A stretch of 64,000 nt of DNA. It comes from the human T2T-CHM13v2.0 reference genome, Homo sapiens. The notes under the pieces were generated by a model, which had not been told where the DNA came from, did not search any database, and was given only the letters and a program-made list of their open reading frames with translations. Shown piece by piece: positions 27,722 through 42,000 of the stretch. Position numbers and translations under genes: made by a program. Each line of letters begins with the position of its first letter. Within the stretch, counting starts at the first letter, position 1. The stretch lies in NCBI RefSeq assembly GCF_009914755.1, contig NC_060926.1. The stretch is one strand, 5' to 3'.

Positions 27722-27814
27722 GATGCTTTTGCTCTGGGAGAATCTCCATTCTGATGGTTGGAGATGGCGAGGCTCCAATGGGCAGAGCTTCCTGTGGCTT
27801 TTGGTCTGTCCTGG
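27722..27814 (+). other. Candidate 93-nt exon
   Basis: Acceptor tctgtcttgtgctcctgcag and donor TGG|gtgagt. Confidence 0.4.
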
Positions 27815-29078
27815 GTGAGTTTCTTCTGATCGTTTTCTATGCACAATGAAAGTGAGAACTCTCGATGACAGGTCTGAGACCAGCAGAAACCTGGAGTAGA
27901 AGCAGATACACAATTTTAATCATGAAGATCTTGCTATATTAAAGCACACTGGAGACAGGGCACCTCAAGTGCAGGTTGTAGTCTGTTTCCTCATCTGTCT
28001 CACAGAATAAAGTAGACTAGGTGAGATAAATGTTCTCAAAAGTGCTTTAAAAGGGTGGGATACTTAAGAAAGACAAGTGACTATTATTGCTATTTTGTAT
28101 CAGAAGATGTGCTTCTATTTTCACCTGGTTTAAACCAGGGCATGCTTCTTCTGATGTGATTATCTGACATTTGGGCCCAATAAACAGGTTTCTATAAACC
28201 ATTCACAGAAAATATGGAAACTCCTCTTCTTCTTGCTCTCCACTTTGTTAACATGGGATACTAGGACTCAGAAATGGACATCTGTGTTCGTGTAGTCCTA
28301 ATGGAAGAAACTGGGTTTCAAGTGCAGGAACTGAGGGCCCGAGAGGTTAGGTGATTTGCCAAGTCAAGCCTTTTCCCTGCCAAGTGCCCGCTATAGGATA
28401 CCACTGTGCTGCTCCAGAGTGGTGCTCAGGTGCATAAGACTCTGTGCTTTGCAGGTTCACTCCCTGCACCCCATCTCTGCTCTGGCCTGGTGTCCCGGAT
28501 GGGACACAAATGAGCTGACCATTACGAACCACTTAGCACTGAGAGGAAAAGCTGCAAAACACAGGCATGTAAGGGATTTGGGAAAATGAGTTAAACCAAA
28601 TTCTACATGAATCCCAGGAATGAAAGTCTGGCTAAAAGGCTGGTTTTGAGGTCATTGACAGTCTTCACAAGCAGGTGACTGGGTCAGTCCAGCGTGATGA
28701 TAGTGCTGGGTGGCCAGTTTTGTGTGTGTGGGAGCAGGAAAGTTCCTAAATGACATGGAACCAGGAATCTGGAGGAATGTTCCCTGAGAAGGTGGAAAAC
28801 CTGGAAAGAAGCCTAACCAACAGTGAATCAAGCCTGGACCTCTTTGCACCAGTGGTGGCAGTCTCGAGCCCCAACAGCATTCAAAATTCCAGGTATAGAG
28901 TGCAAGGAAGGCACTTGCGGAAACCAACGACCTTTGGAGTTTTCTCCCTCTGTAGGTTCTCCAGCACCTTCCCTACATGCATAAGCTTCTGGAGGTGCTC
29001 AATGTCCACATGGTGGCCAGCTAGATTAGCAACAAACAACTCCTCTTTACCTGGCCTAACCAGCATTCTCTGTTGCAG

Positions 29079-29113
29079 ATGTAGCTTTTCTCCAGGCAGA
29101 ACCACAGTTTTAG
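29079..29113 (+). other. Candidate 35-nt exon (alternative acceptor at 28955 would give 158 nt)
   Basis: Branch-like cctaac (29055-29060), ttctctgttgcag acceptor, TAG|gtgagt donor. Confidence 0.4.
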
Positions 29114-29994
29114 GTGAGTGAGAAAGAACACTTCTCACCACTCTCATTTAAAGAGTCTTGTGAAATTAGAGATAAGAAAAGAGGTTACTTTACAGAAACC
29201 ATCACAGTGTTTTCTTGGCAGATTGCATATTGAGACAGGAATTCCCACACAATCACAATCTTTTGAGTATCACTGTAGATCACTCACTGTCACCAACCTG
29301 GGAAAAGGAGGTTTTCTTATTCACCTGCTGCATCCTGTGTGCTACATTCCCCTTTCTCTTCTCCTGTCAAGCTATGTAGAGGAATCTATACTTGCTACCA
29401 GCCTTCTTGGTCTATGGAACACTGGCCAGCAACCAAATATGATCAGTTCCGTTTCTGTGGGCCATGAAATCTGGACCCCTGGCATCTCCTCTGGCCTCAG
29501 GTCCACAGACTGGCCTTTACCAGTGCTCTATTCAGGTGCTTCCCCCAGTGATGGAGTCTGTGTTGCTTCCTTCTCAGCATGTTCTTAAAGACCATGCTCC
29601 TCATGGTTCATCTGCGAGCACTTCTGCCATTCCCCTATATACCCAGCTTCCTTCTTCTTGAAGAGCAAATTAAAGTTAGTTATTGTCCCCAGAAACAAAA
29701 GAAAGCCCTCTTGCTTCTTTGGTGGTTCCCCCATCCCAGGGTGTGTTTATATGCAGCCAGACTTTTAGAACATGAGAAAGGTCTGTCCTAACAATCCCAT
29801 AACTACTCATGGCCAGGCTGATTGCTGGAGAGGGAAGCCTAGGACCCATGCTCTTCTGTGTGCAGTCTCACCCTGGGTGTATGCATTCTTCTCCCTTTCA
29901 TTTTGAGTGGGTATTTTGCCCAGAACTCTGTCTTGGGGGTTTCTTGTCCTCACTTCTTCATAATTAAGTAAGGCCCTTCCTTATTCATCCCTTT

Positions 29995-30374
29995 TGATAT
30001 GGTTTGGCTGTGTCCCCACTCAAATCTCATCTTGAAATGTAGCTCCTATAATTCCCATGTGTTGTGGGAGGGACCCAGTGGGAGGGACCCAGTGGGAGGT
30101 AAATGAATCATGGGGGCAGGTCTTTCCCATGCTGTTCTCATGATAGTGAATAAGTCTCATGGGATCTGATGGTTTTATAAAGGGGTGTTTCCCTGCACAA
30201 GTTCTCTCTTGCCTGCCACCATCTAAGACGTCCCTTTGCTCTACCTTCATCTTCTGCCATGATTGTGAGGGCTTCCCAGCCAGGTGGAACCGTGAGCCAA
30301 TGAAATCTCTTTCCTTTGTAAATTACCTGGTCTGTGACATGTCTTTATCAGCAGCATGAAAACAGACTAATACA
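29995..30374 (+). mobile_element. MaLR solo LTR (THE1D-like)
   Basis: tgatatggtttggctgtgtcccc...gaaaacagactaataca; perfect 5-bp TSD ccttt; internal 14-bp tandem duplication gtgggagggaccca. Confidence 0.93.
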
Positions 30375-30400
30375 CCTTTTGATGAAATAAGAGCAAATCT

Positions 30401-30681
30401 GGCCATGTGCAGTGGTTCACGCCTGTAATCCCAGCACTGTGGGAGGCCGAGGTGGGTGGGTCATCTGAGGTCAGGAGTTTGAGACCAGCCTGGCCAACAT
30501 GGTGAAACCCTGTCTCTACTAAAAATACAAAAATTAGCTGGTCATAGTGGTGCATGCCTGTAATCCCATCTACTCAGGAGCTGAGGCAGGAGAATTGCTT
30601 GAATCTGGGAGGTGGAGGTTGCAGTGAGCTGAGATTGCACCAATGTACTCCAGCCTGGGTGACAGAGCGAGACTCCATCTC

Positions 30682-30708
<27 letters not shown>
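30401..30708 (+). mobile_element. AluSx-like
   Basis: Full Alu with a long A tail. Confidence 0.95.
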
Positions 30709-30713
<5 letters not shown>

Positions 30714-31659
30714 AATCTCTGAAACATGAGGTTGGCTCCTTTAGGTGGCCCAGACACATTCTAAGACCTAATTCCTTTTCAAGTTTACTGTCCTTTACAG
30801 ACTGGGGAGTTTTAGGTAAAGAAAGGTCAGGAGGACAGAAGACTATTTAATTAATGCATTACGTGGAAACCACTGCAGGTATTTTAAGTAAAAGGACATT
30901 TAATAGAAGGAATAAGGTGGTTATAAAATCCACTGAGCAGGTACCACTAGGCTACATTTTCTGGAATGATTTCCAGAAAAATATGGAGGTGACCCTCCAG
31001 AGGACCACCTCTGTAGCTACCACTGTTCATATATTCAAGAGTACATCCCATCAAGAAGCTGCCATCACCGCTACTGCTGTGTAACTGCCCAGGAAGCTGG
31101 AGGAGGGACCCTGCACACTTGCAGAAAAGTCTCATGTTTCCCGGACTGTGCTGGTTGGGGACAGCAGCCAAGAGGAGCAGGCAGGTGGTCACTGCCTCAC
31201 TCCTGCCTTTGAAATCTTACAGGAATGCATCCAGGCTTCAGGTAGAGCCCCCGACTTCAGGAGAGTCTGGGAAGCATAGCTTTTGGTTCTCAACTTCTCT
31301 AACTGAAAGGATGGTAGCACAGAGGTTTAAGGACCTAATTCACAGCATCCACCTCAACTGTTGATGGCTTTTATGCATCTGCTGCATTAATTTTCAGAGT
31401 TACAATATCATTATAGGAAAATATATTGTAGAAACAGACCTTGGAAATTACATATGTGGTATCTCATTTTACAGGTGTACAAACTGAGGTGCAGAGAAGT
31501 GAAGTGACTCCTCTAAAAGCCACAATGCTCATTGTCGGTAGAGACGGCAATAATGCTGGCCTCTTGGCTCTAGATTATTTCCAATTCAGCACTTTTCACT
31601 TAGGAGTCCCTGGGCTTGCAGGAAGGCACACAGGGTTGTGTTAAGAGTACAGGGAATCA

Positions 31660-31976
<317 letters not shown>

Positions 31977-32527
31977 TCAGAGCAAACTAAGATTAATACA
32001 GAATTAATTTTACTTGTAATTTTAATTATGGGGGAAATGGTGTTGTTTGCTTTAAACCAAAGCGCTATGTTAGTGTGCACACATTTGTGTTATAAACATG
32101 GCATTTCCTGCAAGGGTGAGACAGGCCAGGTTTCAGGACCTGCTTCCAGGGCCTACTCACTCCCTTGTGCTGTTGGGGACCATTCTGGGAAAGAGCTTGA
32201 GAAGCTTGGCGGCACCCCATGCTGCTTTCTTGTTTCAGATATTGTCACAATATACTTTTGTTGAGTGCCATGTAAAAGTTTCATTTTCACTCAAATGCCA
32301 CTTGTTCTGTGAAGTCTTCTCTTATGCTCCCATTGTAATTAATTGCTCCTTTCTCTGCACTTCCAACGCCCCATATTTATTGCTGGATTATAGGACAAAT
32401 TATGGTGTGCCTTGTTTTATGGTAAACTCCACATGTTCCTATCTCTTTTATAACGATGTGAGGGCATCATGGTCAGGGACTGGGTGTAATTTATTCTGAA
32501 TCCCAGCACCTAGCACAGCACCTTTTC

Positions 32528-32833
32528 TTTTCTTTTCTTTTCTTTTTTTGAGATGGAGTCTTGCTCTGTTGCCCAGGCTGGAGTACAGTGGTGCCATCTC
32601 AGCTCATGGCAAGCTCCGCCTCCTGGGTTCATGCCATTCTCCTGCCTCAGCCTCCCGAGTAGTAGCTGGGACTACAGGCGCCCGCCACCACGCCCGGCTA
32701 ATTTTTTGTATTTTTAGTAGAGACGGGGTTTCACCGTGTTAGCCAGGATGGTCTCGATCTCCTGACCTCGTGATCTGCCCGCCTCAGCCTCCCAAAGTGC
32801 TGGGATTACAGGCATGAGCCACCGCACCCAGCC
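32528..32833 (-). mobile_element. AluY
   Basis: Y-diagnostic aagctccgcctcc, gccattctcc, gttagccaggatggtctcgatctcc; many retained CpGs; TSD agcaccttttc. Confidence 0.95.
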
Positions 32834-32899
32834 AGCACCTTTTCATTTGGAATGGAGTGGTGGTGGGTATGGGAATGTTTCCTCTCATTCTTTCCTCCT

Positions 32900-33230
32900 C
32901 TTTGGGTAGCATAGGATGGGACTTCCCTGTTCCTTGTGGCAGGGCCATGTGCTTTGGTCTAGCTGATGAAATGGGGTTGACATGGGTCACTTCTAGGCTG
33001 AAGCAGTGAAAAGATCTTGTATGACCCTCCAGCGTTTTCTCCTCTGCTTTGATGACTGTGGAGGTCTTATATTGAGATGACAAAGCCACAAGAAGAAAAT
33101 AGGGTGGCTTCTCTGGAGAGTTACTCCAACCAGGAGAGGAGTTTGCCTAAGGGGAAATAAACATTTTCTGTTTTCAGCCATAGAGCCTCTAGGGTTTGTT
33201 TTCCCAGCCTGGGCTAGCCTTTCTTGACTC
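32900..33230 (+). mobile_element. Old MaLR LTR (MLT1I/J-like)
   Basis: ggccatgtg...gtcacttctaggctgaagca...gaaataaac...ttttcagcca motifs. Confidence 0.6.
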
Positions 33231-34598
33231 AGACAAGTGGCCTATAGTTCATGGAATTGCATAAACAGCCCAGATACCTATAGATGTATTTCCTACAATC
33301 ATACAATTTATTTGCAACTTTCCTCTTCCTCCTTGATATAACCTCTCTTAGACTTTGGGAATTCTGAATGAGAAAGGATAACATGTTGTTAAACTCTACA
33401 GGGGCCATGGAAATAACTGGGCAGAAGTTGTCACCCAATTCAATTATGCCATTACCCAGCCTAGGAAGGACTGAGGCCATTTGGAAAGCAATGAATGTCC
33501 CCAGCAGATGGGAAGGTACCATATCTCACCCAGGAGTTACTGTACCTTTGACATGTGAGGGAAATTTACAACCCCAGTGGCTCACCTTCTCCACCTTGGC
33601 ACCTGCCAATTTTACTTAGTTGTCTGTAGGGAGCACAGGAAGACATGGGTTGACTCAATGGCTTTTCACTCTCTGTGCACAAATTTTACTTTGTTTATGT
33701 GTGATTGGTAGCTTTCTGCATTTATTATAGATGTGCATTTATTTTTTATACACACGTTGTCATCACATATATGCAACATTTGGAGATTATTTCTGGGAAC
33801 TTCAGAAAAAAATTCAGAAGACAATAGGTGTTTCAAACTGGTCTTATGTTTTGCTGGTTTAGTCTCAGAATATTTTGCCATTATTGACAGAAAATTTTAT
33901 TCCGGCTCCACCTCAGGCAAGATAGTTCTCCTCTCTGCACAATCCATTTCCCTCTCTGAAAAGTGAGGCTAAAATTTACTCTTCAGGTTGTGTGGATATT
34001 GGAGAAAATGTTTGTAAAGGATCCAGCTCATTACTTGGCAGTTTGTAGGTATTTTATAACAATAATTGGGTAATACGTATGTGTTATATTCAGATAGAAC
34101 ATCGCTGTTTGAAAATTATTTATTTTTGAATTTCAGTTGACACTCACCATGGCTCTTTGAGGTAGGTTTTATTACCTTTATTATGTAGCAGAAGAAAGTG
34201 AGGCTTAGAGAGGGCACAGTGAGTTGTGCAAGGTCACAGACTAAAAAGTGGGAGGCCTACAATCGAATCTGACTTGTGCTGGTGCTGTAGCTGGGAGGTG
34301 CCTTGAAGCAGTGATTAACAGCAGAGCAGAGAAGAAAACAGCCTGGGGTCGTTAGTACAGTGCCTGGAAGAAAGTGGGGCTTCAACAAATGGTTATGATT
34401 ATTGTGTGATAGGTACTGGTAACCATGAACTATGTCACCTAGTTCATCTATTTCAAAGTAATTCATCATCAGGGACCCTTTGGCCTCATCCAAGTAGCTT
34501 CTACAAATAAAGCTAATATGTTATTCAGACCATGCTATGTAAACCACTGTGAATAATCAAAGCATTTGAACAAAAGAGGAACAAATTATTAAAAATTA

Positions 34599-34677
34599 TT
34601 GGGTGGTCCAAAAGTAACCACGGTTTTTGCCTTTCAAAGTAGTGGCAAAAACTGCAATTACTTTTGCACCAACTTAA
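34599..34677. mobile_element. MADE1 mariner (Hsmar1-derived) MITE
   Basis: ~80-bp palindrome ttgggtggtccaaaagtaa...ttacttttgcaccaacttaa flanked by TA on both sides. Confidence 0.92.
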
Positions 34678-35689
34678 TAGTTTGTATATAGTCATCCACT
34701 GGTCAGAAAGCCATTCTCTGTACATTAAAATGTTAGAAATAAAATATGGCCCTTCTCTGGGGTACAATAAAAGAACCAGAGGTTTGTACCTTAAAAGAAG
34801 TTACCATGTATCACATCTCACATGCCTCTGTTCCTCCCAGATGCCAGACAGCCAAGATGCTGGCTTAGTTCAGGATGGAGAATAATTGTGCATGTCAATA
34901 TTTATCCTATCCCAACACTCAAATTAGCTTCTCTATAATCAAGCTGGAAAACACACCTCCCCCCTTGTAACCTGCTCTTCTACATGCAGCATTCTTCTGA
35001 TACAGTTACTCATTTCAATTAATCTGAAAACAGAGGGGGTTGAGCTGCCCATCCATTTGGCAAGGGGTTTGGGAATAGGATCAAAGTTGGTTTTATTTCA
35101 ATAGCGTCCCTGGTGAGCTGTTAATTACTTGGGTTTCAAATCTGATGGCATTTGAAATAGAATATTGAATTACACCTGTGTTTGGGGGTCAGTTTATCTT
35201 CTGATATGAAGGTAGATTTGTGGCAGGAAGGAACAGGAGGAAATGAAGTTAGTTTTCTTCCTGTGTTTGATGGGGGAAGGTCTTTGTTGCTGCAATATTC
35301 CTCAGGGCTTTGCATACTGGTTTAAACCAATAGAGAAAATTATGTTTCAGGAACTCTGAGCAAGAGCAGACCTCCAATTATCCCTCAAACAGATTAAAAA
35401 ATGTAATCTTAGATTTGTTAATATGAAATATCACTTGCATACTTACATAATTTTAATTTTTTTTGGTTTTGAGTACTTAAGGTGAATTGAAAACCAGTTT
35501 GGTGGAAAACTGAAAGTGGAATTAATGTTTCTGGCTTTAGTGTTCTAATATTTGTGTAGAACATTTAGATTCTAAATTTACTGAAAAATAAACATTTTGT
35601 CTGTTTGCAAATTTACACTTGTCAGAGAAGATATCTTATTTTGGAATATTTCTCTTGTTCACTAATCTCCAAACATGCTCACCTCTTTT

Positions 35690-36040
35690 CTGTTCCTCAG
35701 ACTCCCCAAGCTCTTCCCTGCCTTGAGGTGCTTGCTCTCTGCCCCATCTGTCATTTCCTAGCTCTGTGTTTTACTGTTTAGGCTTTCACTCCAATTTCAC
35801 TTCCTCCCAGAGGCTTTCTTTCCCACTGACTGTCTCATCACTCTATGTATTCCTTCAAAGCACTGATCACAATTTGCATGTATTTAATTCATTTATTTGT
35901 CACAATATGTGGTGTGTCTTGCCCATGCGAGCAGACAGGGGCTTAGGCTATCTCCCATACTCCTGTATCTTCAGTACTTAGCCTGGTTCCTGGTATGTTG
36001 TAAGCATGTGGTATTTCTTTGGTGAATGAACAAACACATG
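35690..36040 (+). mobile_element. L2 3' fragment
   Basis: tcacttcctcccagaggcttt...tgtatcttcagtacttagcctggttcctgg...tgaatgaa. Confidence 0.65.
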
Positions 36041-39000
36041 GAATGAACACGAACCATGGACAAACCTTGTCTTTTCATAGTGCACAGACCAAACCATTTG
36101 GATAGTATGATATTCAGGTTCAGTCCTTATGATTTAAAATATAATTTTATAAAGCTGGACAGTAACTGAAAACCTGTTGCAAACCTGAAACCATTTTGGC
36201 TAGAGAAAACTTTGACAACACTGTGTATTTGGGAGTGGAGCTATTTATACAGCAAGGACTGCTGTAGCTTCTCTCTTGGTTTCCCTTTAGACTCTATGGT
36301 TGTTTCTCCATCTGTGGGTCTTTCCTCTTGTCTCCCCCTCTCCCCCCTTTTTTTTACATTCTGCTTTTTGACTTTATTTCTACCTTACAAAAACTGCTGA
36401 CGATTTTCTCATGGGTTAGCTAAGAAATAAATACAAGCTATCTTTCTTTTTATCAAATTCATAATAGCTATTACTGGTAGAACTGATGGCAACAAAATAA
36501 AACTGACAATGACTAAAACAACTCATGGTAGAATTTGTTATTAGCTAAAAGATGGCAAAATTAAATCTTCTTGATAAAATTTAGACATGCAAAATTTGAT
36601 TTAGGAAAATTGAACTTTCTCAAAGTAAAGAAAACTCAAAATGGCAGAAGCTGTCACTTAAAATTCGATCTGGCTAAAAAAAAACCTGATTTTCAAAATA
36701 CTTTTATAAAATTTCTAAGGAAAAGGTTTGATGCTGACCAAATAATATCAAAGAAGTGAAAATGACGACAAGATAAAAGCATTTACCTTATTTAATCAAG
36801 AGAAGGTGAGGCTGGAGGAAACTCAATGAATAAATCTGAAAGTACGGGAACGGCTATTGTGCTGAAGAATGGATCGTGTTCTCCTTTTCCACTGACAAAA
36901 AGAAAGGTCTGGGAACACAGAAGGGAGCTTAGGAAGAACTTCTCATCCACAGGGGGCTGGGAGGCCCTGAAATACATTAAGACAATTTGGGGAGTGAGGG
37001 ATTACAAAAGTGTGTATGTGGTGGGGGGAGCCCTCTCTGAAGTTCCTGAAAGAAAATGTAGTAGGAAGCTATCATTCTGAGGTGGTTTAAGTGCATTCCT
37101 TTCTGACTGAAGATACAAAGATGAATGAGGAGTTTTCACCCTCTCAAGGACTCTTTTAGACTCATATTTCTATGACTCTATGACATTTTAAAATTCTGTT
37201 TTGCTCTTTGGTAAGAAAGTGAAATTGTGCTGTTTGGAAAAGGGAATGACAAAGCTTTGTTGAGAAGTTGCTTTATATTTTAGTATTAAAATTTTAGTGT
37301 TGTTTAAATGGTTTAAAGATTGTTGTGTTCCTTCGACTTAGGTTTCATAAGTCTAATATTTTTTAGGAATTAGTTTTGTATGTGTGCAATTCTGTGAATA
37401 AAATGGTCACTGTGATGACTCCTAAGGATGATGGGTTTAAATTTGGAATAACAGAAATATTCACTCCAAAGGAGGAAACATCTAAAGGTTGAGGAGGTAA
37501 AAAATGATCCTTTGTGATAGCAAAAATGTAATTTCAATCTTTTGGAGAAATAATATACAGATTGTATAAATGAAGAATCTTTGATGATAGCTTCATATAT
37601 GTACATATGAAAAATGCAGGCAATCATGTAACTGATTGTGATTTCTAGGTCTACAAGTCTGTAATAAAGGGTTGCACCAAACAGGTGGGATGGGAGACTG
37701 AATGAAAAGATAGGTCCCCTGGATCATCCCAGAGGACAGGAAGTGACTCTGATCAAAACAGGACAAGGTTACCATGAATAGAACCAAGATGGCAACCATC
37801 AGTAACAGGCAGAGAAAGCTCTCCCTCTGATGACTGGGAGAGTAACTCTGCTTTCTCTGCTCCTCTAACATGTGGGCATCACGGGGGAGGCAGTAATTGT
37901 GAAGAAGAGACCATAGTATTCAGGAAGAAAGAAGCAAAGATATCTAGTATGCAGAAGGAGACTGAACTAAAGAGGAACTGAAAGAAAATTCTAGGCTGTT
38001 TCCCAGTAATTACGTTCAATGAAATCCTGGGAAATGCTAAGAGACCAAATATAGCAGTGAGTGCACCCTAAGCTAACTCCTCAGAAAAGTAGTAATAAAC
38101 CATCAGTGGTTGTGGAGGAGGTTAATGCATTTTGCAGACCCAAGTGCCAGGAATTCAAAGGTACTGTTGGCCATCTCTTCAGCCTAATGTTAGGTACAGA
38201 TCATATAGCATATTTTGTTAATATAACTTTGTGGTAAGAATATTTGTCTTGTATTTCAAATACTCCAGGAGTGCAGGAGAATGGAATATATGCCATCTGC
38301 CAACATAACACGAAACAAAATACCTGGATGAAATCATGAAGTCTTGCACATGTATGTTATGACACCAGGAAGGCAATGCATATTTTTCTCTTTTCTTAGC
38401 TTAGAAAATAGTCACATATCCAGTTTTTAAAAATATCAACTTTCATGGGGATGATACCAATAGATAAGGAAATCTACAAGGGCTGGATTAAGTTATCAAT
38501 GCCTTTTGCTAAGGATTAGAAATTACTAAAAGAACTATGTGAATACACACAGATACACACATAAATATGCACACACACATGCATATACTTGTTTTTTTCC
38601 ATGTGCTCCTATTGAATTTCCTATGGTGATTAGTAATAAAGTTGAGTGTTTATTTTTGTTTTTTAAAATAAAGTGTGTTTATTATTTATTATTAAAGTGT
38701 ATGTAATTAAAATTATTATTTTATTTTTAAAGGCATATCTGAGTATTTTATACTTTTTATTTAACAATCTTGTGATTTAGATCTCAAGGCTACATCCATA
38801 ACTCTCATCTATCTAGTGAAGGATACCCTTATTTTAGGCAAAGTACCGAGGAGGGACAGTCTTAGAAGCCCAGATTTCTAAATTGATGGTTTATGACAGG
38901 GCATCTCTTTTCCATAGTACGCTGAATAATTAGTGTTTGATATAGAAGAAAAACACAGAGAATTGACCTAAAACAAGATGCTTTAGTTCTGTATATTTTT

Positions 39001-40069
39001 ATATGAATTATGGGCCTAAGAGAAGCCTGTATCTTCAAGCCAGTTTTGAACGTTAGGAATGTGGGCTGTTAAAAGGTTAGTTTATTACAGACAGACATGA
39101 ATTTCTAAGCGATTTGCATTGGTCAGATGAAGTTGTTTTATCTGCACTTCTTGCTGAATAGACTTAAAAAGTCTTCTTATGTAAATTGTTTAAAGATAGG
39201 TTTTTTTGCATGTGAAAAAGTGTTGACAAGTAAATCTAATATCGACAGCATTATAGCTTATGAATATTTATGACAACTAAGTACCCTTATATGGATTTCC
39301 TGTTGTCTCCTGCAGCACTCTCCTCTCCAAGAAATTTCAGCATGGAGAGAAAGAAAGTTTTACCACCAATTTGTGCCTGAAACACAAGATGAACAGACGT
39401 CTTCTGCATTAAAAAAGGACATAGGCATGCATTAAATCCCTTATGTCTTACTTTTTAATGATGCAATTGTGAATTATGTTCTTGTTGCATTTGTAATTAG
39501 AGGCTGCAGCAGATGGTGAAGACTTATTTTAAAGTGATGTGTCTATTAAAATAAGCCACACAGCCAAATGATTGTTCACTGTAACAGCATCTTTACACCC
39601 CTGAAACACTCTGATTCTTTGTTGATGTGCGGTTGATTACCACAGCTGATTACATATGTGCACATATTTGCTCAAAAATGTATCAGGGATATTTGATATG
39701 TGCAATACTTTATTTTAAAGTGTGTGTTATCACAATTATAGATAATGAAGCTTTCAATGAATTATTCAGTTACACCATCTACAAAGGGAATGCACTGATT
39801 TCCCTTTTCAATAAAATTAGGCATGAATCTTTCTAAACTATTGAGGCCGATCCTCCCCACACAGTGGGAGAAGCATTGAACGGAGAATAGGGAATTTCTG
39901 AGTATTGAAAGATTCTCTTATCTAAAATCTTGTAAAGAGCAGGTTTTGTGGGGTGAATTCAGTCTATGAATAGTGATGGTTTCTCCAGCTAAATGTGGGG
40001 ATGGAGGGAGAGAGGCATTGAGGAAGGGCCACGTAAAAATATAGTAGAGTAAGTAGTGAAATTGATGGC

Positions 40070-40634
40070 AGGTATTGGACTAGGTTAATCTGTGATAACA
40101 CACAATACCTAAATCTCAGTGGCTTATAAAGATCTACTTCTCTCTCTGACTACATGTCTAGCATGGTTTATAAAAGGGACTCTGCATCATAGTCCATAAG
40201 GGACCAGGCTGATGGAGACTACATCTCCACACAGCCTTCTGCAATCCCTTTGCCAATAGGAAAAGGATGTGGTAGCTTATATACTAGCTTTTAAACTTCT
40301 TTCTGGAAGAGTCACATGACATGTGATGAAACCTAACATTAAGAAGGCAGAGAAGGCCGGGTGCAATGGCTCATGCCTGTAATCCCAGCACTTTGGGAGG
40401 CCGAAGTGGGCAGATCACGAGGTTAGGGGATCGAGACCATCCTGGCTAACACAGTGAAACCCCATCTCTACTGAAAATCCAAAAAAATTAGCCAGGCGTG
40501 GTGGTGAGTGCCTGTAGTCCCAGCTACTCGGGAGGCTGAGCAAGGAGAATGGCGTGAACCCGGGAGGCAGAGCTTGCAGTAAGCATTGATTGCGTCACTG
40601 TACTACAGCCTGGGGGACAGAGCGAGACTGTCTC

Positions 40635-40665
<31 letters not shown>

Positions 40666-40725
40666 CAGAGAAGTATAACACTACTCTATGCTTGGACAAA
40701 TTTAGTGAACAACTGTTATGACCAA
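40070..40725 (-). mobile_element. Old MaLR LTR (MLT1I/J-like) split by AluY
   Basis: aaatctcagtggctta...gggaccaggctgatggag...ctggaagagtcaca; continues after the Alu. Confidence 0.6.
40355..40662 (+). mobile_element. AluY
   Basis: gatcgagaccatcctggctaacac and gagaatggcgtgaacccgggaggcagagcttgcag; TSD approximately aag(g/a)cagagaa. Confidence 0.95.
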
Positions 40726-40904
40726 TTCAGAGTGTGATTTGCTGCCAGGCTGCGTGCTCTTTTTCTACCATCTACTCTGACTGTTCTATTTCTAATGTTG
40801 TGGTCTTGAAATAACACCAGATTGACTCTTTTATGTTTAGCAAAGTATGTAAAGACTTTTAGAAAAAGGTGCAAGTTACCTGGAGGGGCAGAGAAGTCCT
40901 CAGT

Positions 40905-41153
40905 TTAACATTTCCCAAACTGTGTTATTTTAAGAGGTGTTAATGCAGAACAAAGAATTCCATGGTCAACTGAACCTGGGAATCTTCAGGTAAGCAAAGT
41001 TATACAAATGTCTTTACTTCTTGGGGCCTTTAATATGTTAATGTAGATATTCATAAGGCCACTGTGTGCAGGATTTCTCAATTCCACAGCATCCCTTTTT
41101 CAGGGAGTTTCTTATGGAACCCTATTCTGTGGGAACATGCTTTGGCAATGCTG
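40905..41153. mobile_element. hAT-Charlie MITE (MER103-like)
   Basis: Inverted termini catttcccaaactgtgtt ... gaacatgctttggcaatgctg. Confidence 0.55.
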
Positions 41154-41199
41154 CTCAGGTCTCTCGAATTGGTGCCTGATGGTAGGTTTGGACATCATT

Positions 41200-41385
41200 T
41201 TGGCTTCTGGGTTGGTGAATACATTGAGGTGCTGGGAGGATGTTGCATCTGGAGAGAGTCTGGAAGTTCCCCGCCACCACCCATCATAGCTTGCCTTATA
41301 CATCTCCACCCAGGTAAATAGTGTCAGAATTGGACTGAATTATTGGATACTCAATTGGTGTCTGTAGAATCTGAGAATTAGTTAT
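41200..41385 (+). mobile_element. MER21-like LTR fragment (internally deleted)
   Basis: gggttggtgaatacattgaggtgctgggagg...caggtaaatagtgtcagaattggactgaatt. Confidence 0.6.
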
Positions 41386-41749
41386 TAATTTTGGAAAATG
41401 CTGCAGAATTGGTTTTGTTTATCATCTGGAAGGTATAGAGAGCTTCCATGGCTATACCCTCTTCCCCAACCCTTACCCTCTCCCTATCTGGAAAGGTAGG
41501 AACATGATTTTGATGGAGAAGGGGCAGAGAAGTTTTGTGATAGGTAAATGCATATGTTCTTTGAAGACTGGGCAAGGCTGACAGTTCTAGGGTTGAGAAT
41601 GCTCTGTGCCATGATTCCATTCCCAAGAGACTGTTAAAATACTTATCTGATATTAAATAATTTGTATGTATAAAACACTTAGAACCAGGCACATGGTAAG
41701 CACTATGTGTTTGTTATTAATATTATTACTGGGCTACTAAACTGATAGC

Positions 41750-42000
41750 AATAATAAAAATAGCCAATAGTTTTGAATACATTATAGGTTCTAAACACTG
41801 TGCTAGGTTTATGGATGATCTCATTTGGTCCTTAAAACACCCTATAAGAAGTAGCTACTCTTATTATGCTCATTTTATAGATAAGGATGCTTAGATTAAG
41901 ATAAGTTAACATATTTGTCCAAGGTCACATAGCTAACAAGAAGCAAAGGTAAGATTAGATGAACCCAGGCAAGTTTACTACATTCTTAACCATTCTGCCA
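41750..42000 (-). mobile_element. MIR SINE
   Basis: cattttatagataagga...ttgtccaaggtcacatagcta...gaacccaggca. Confidence 0.75.

Noticed and set aside
28652-29791. Cluster of 65-156 aa ORFs, possible processed pseudogene
   Set aside because: No recognisable protein family, poly-A tail or TSD; ORFs overlap in conflicting frames. A BLASTX search would settle it.
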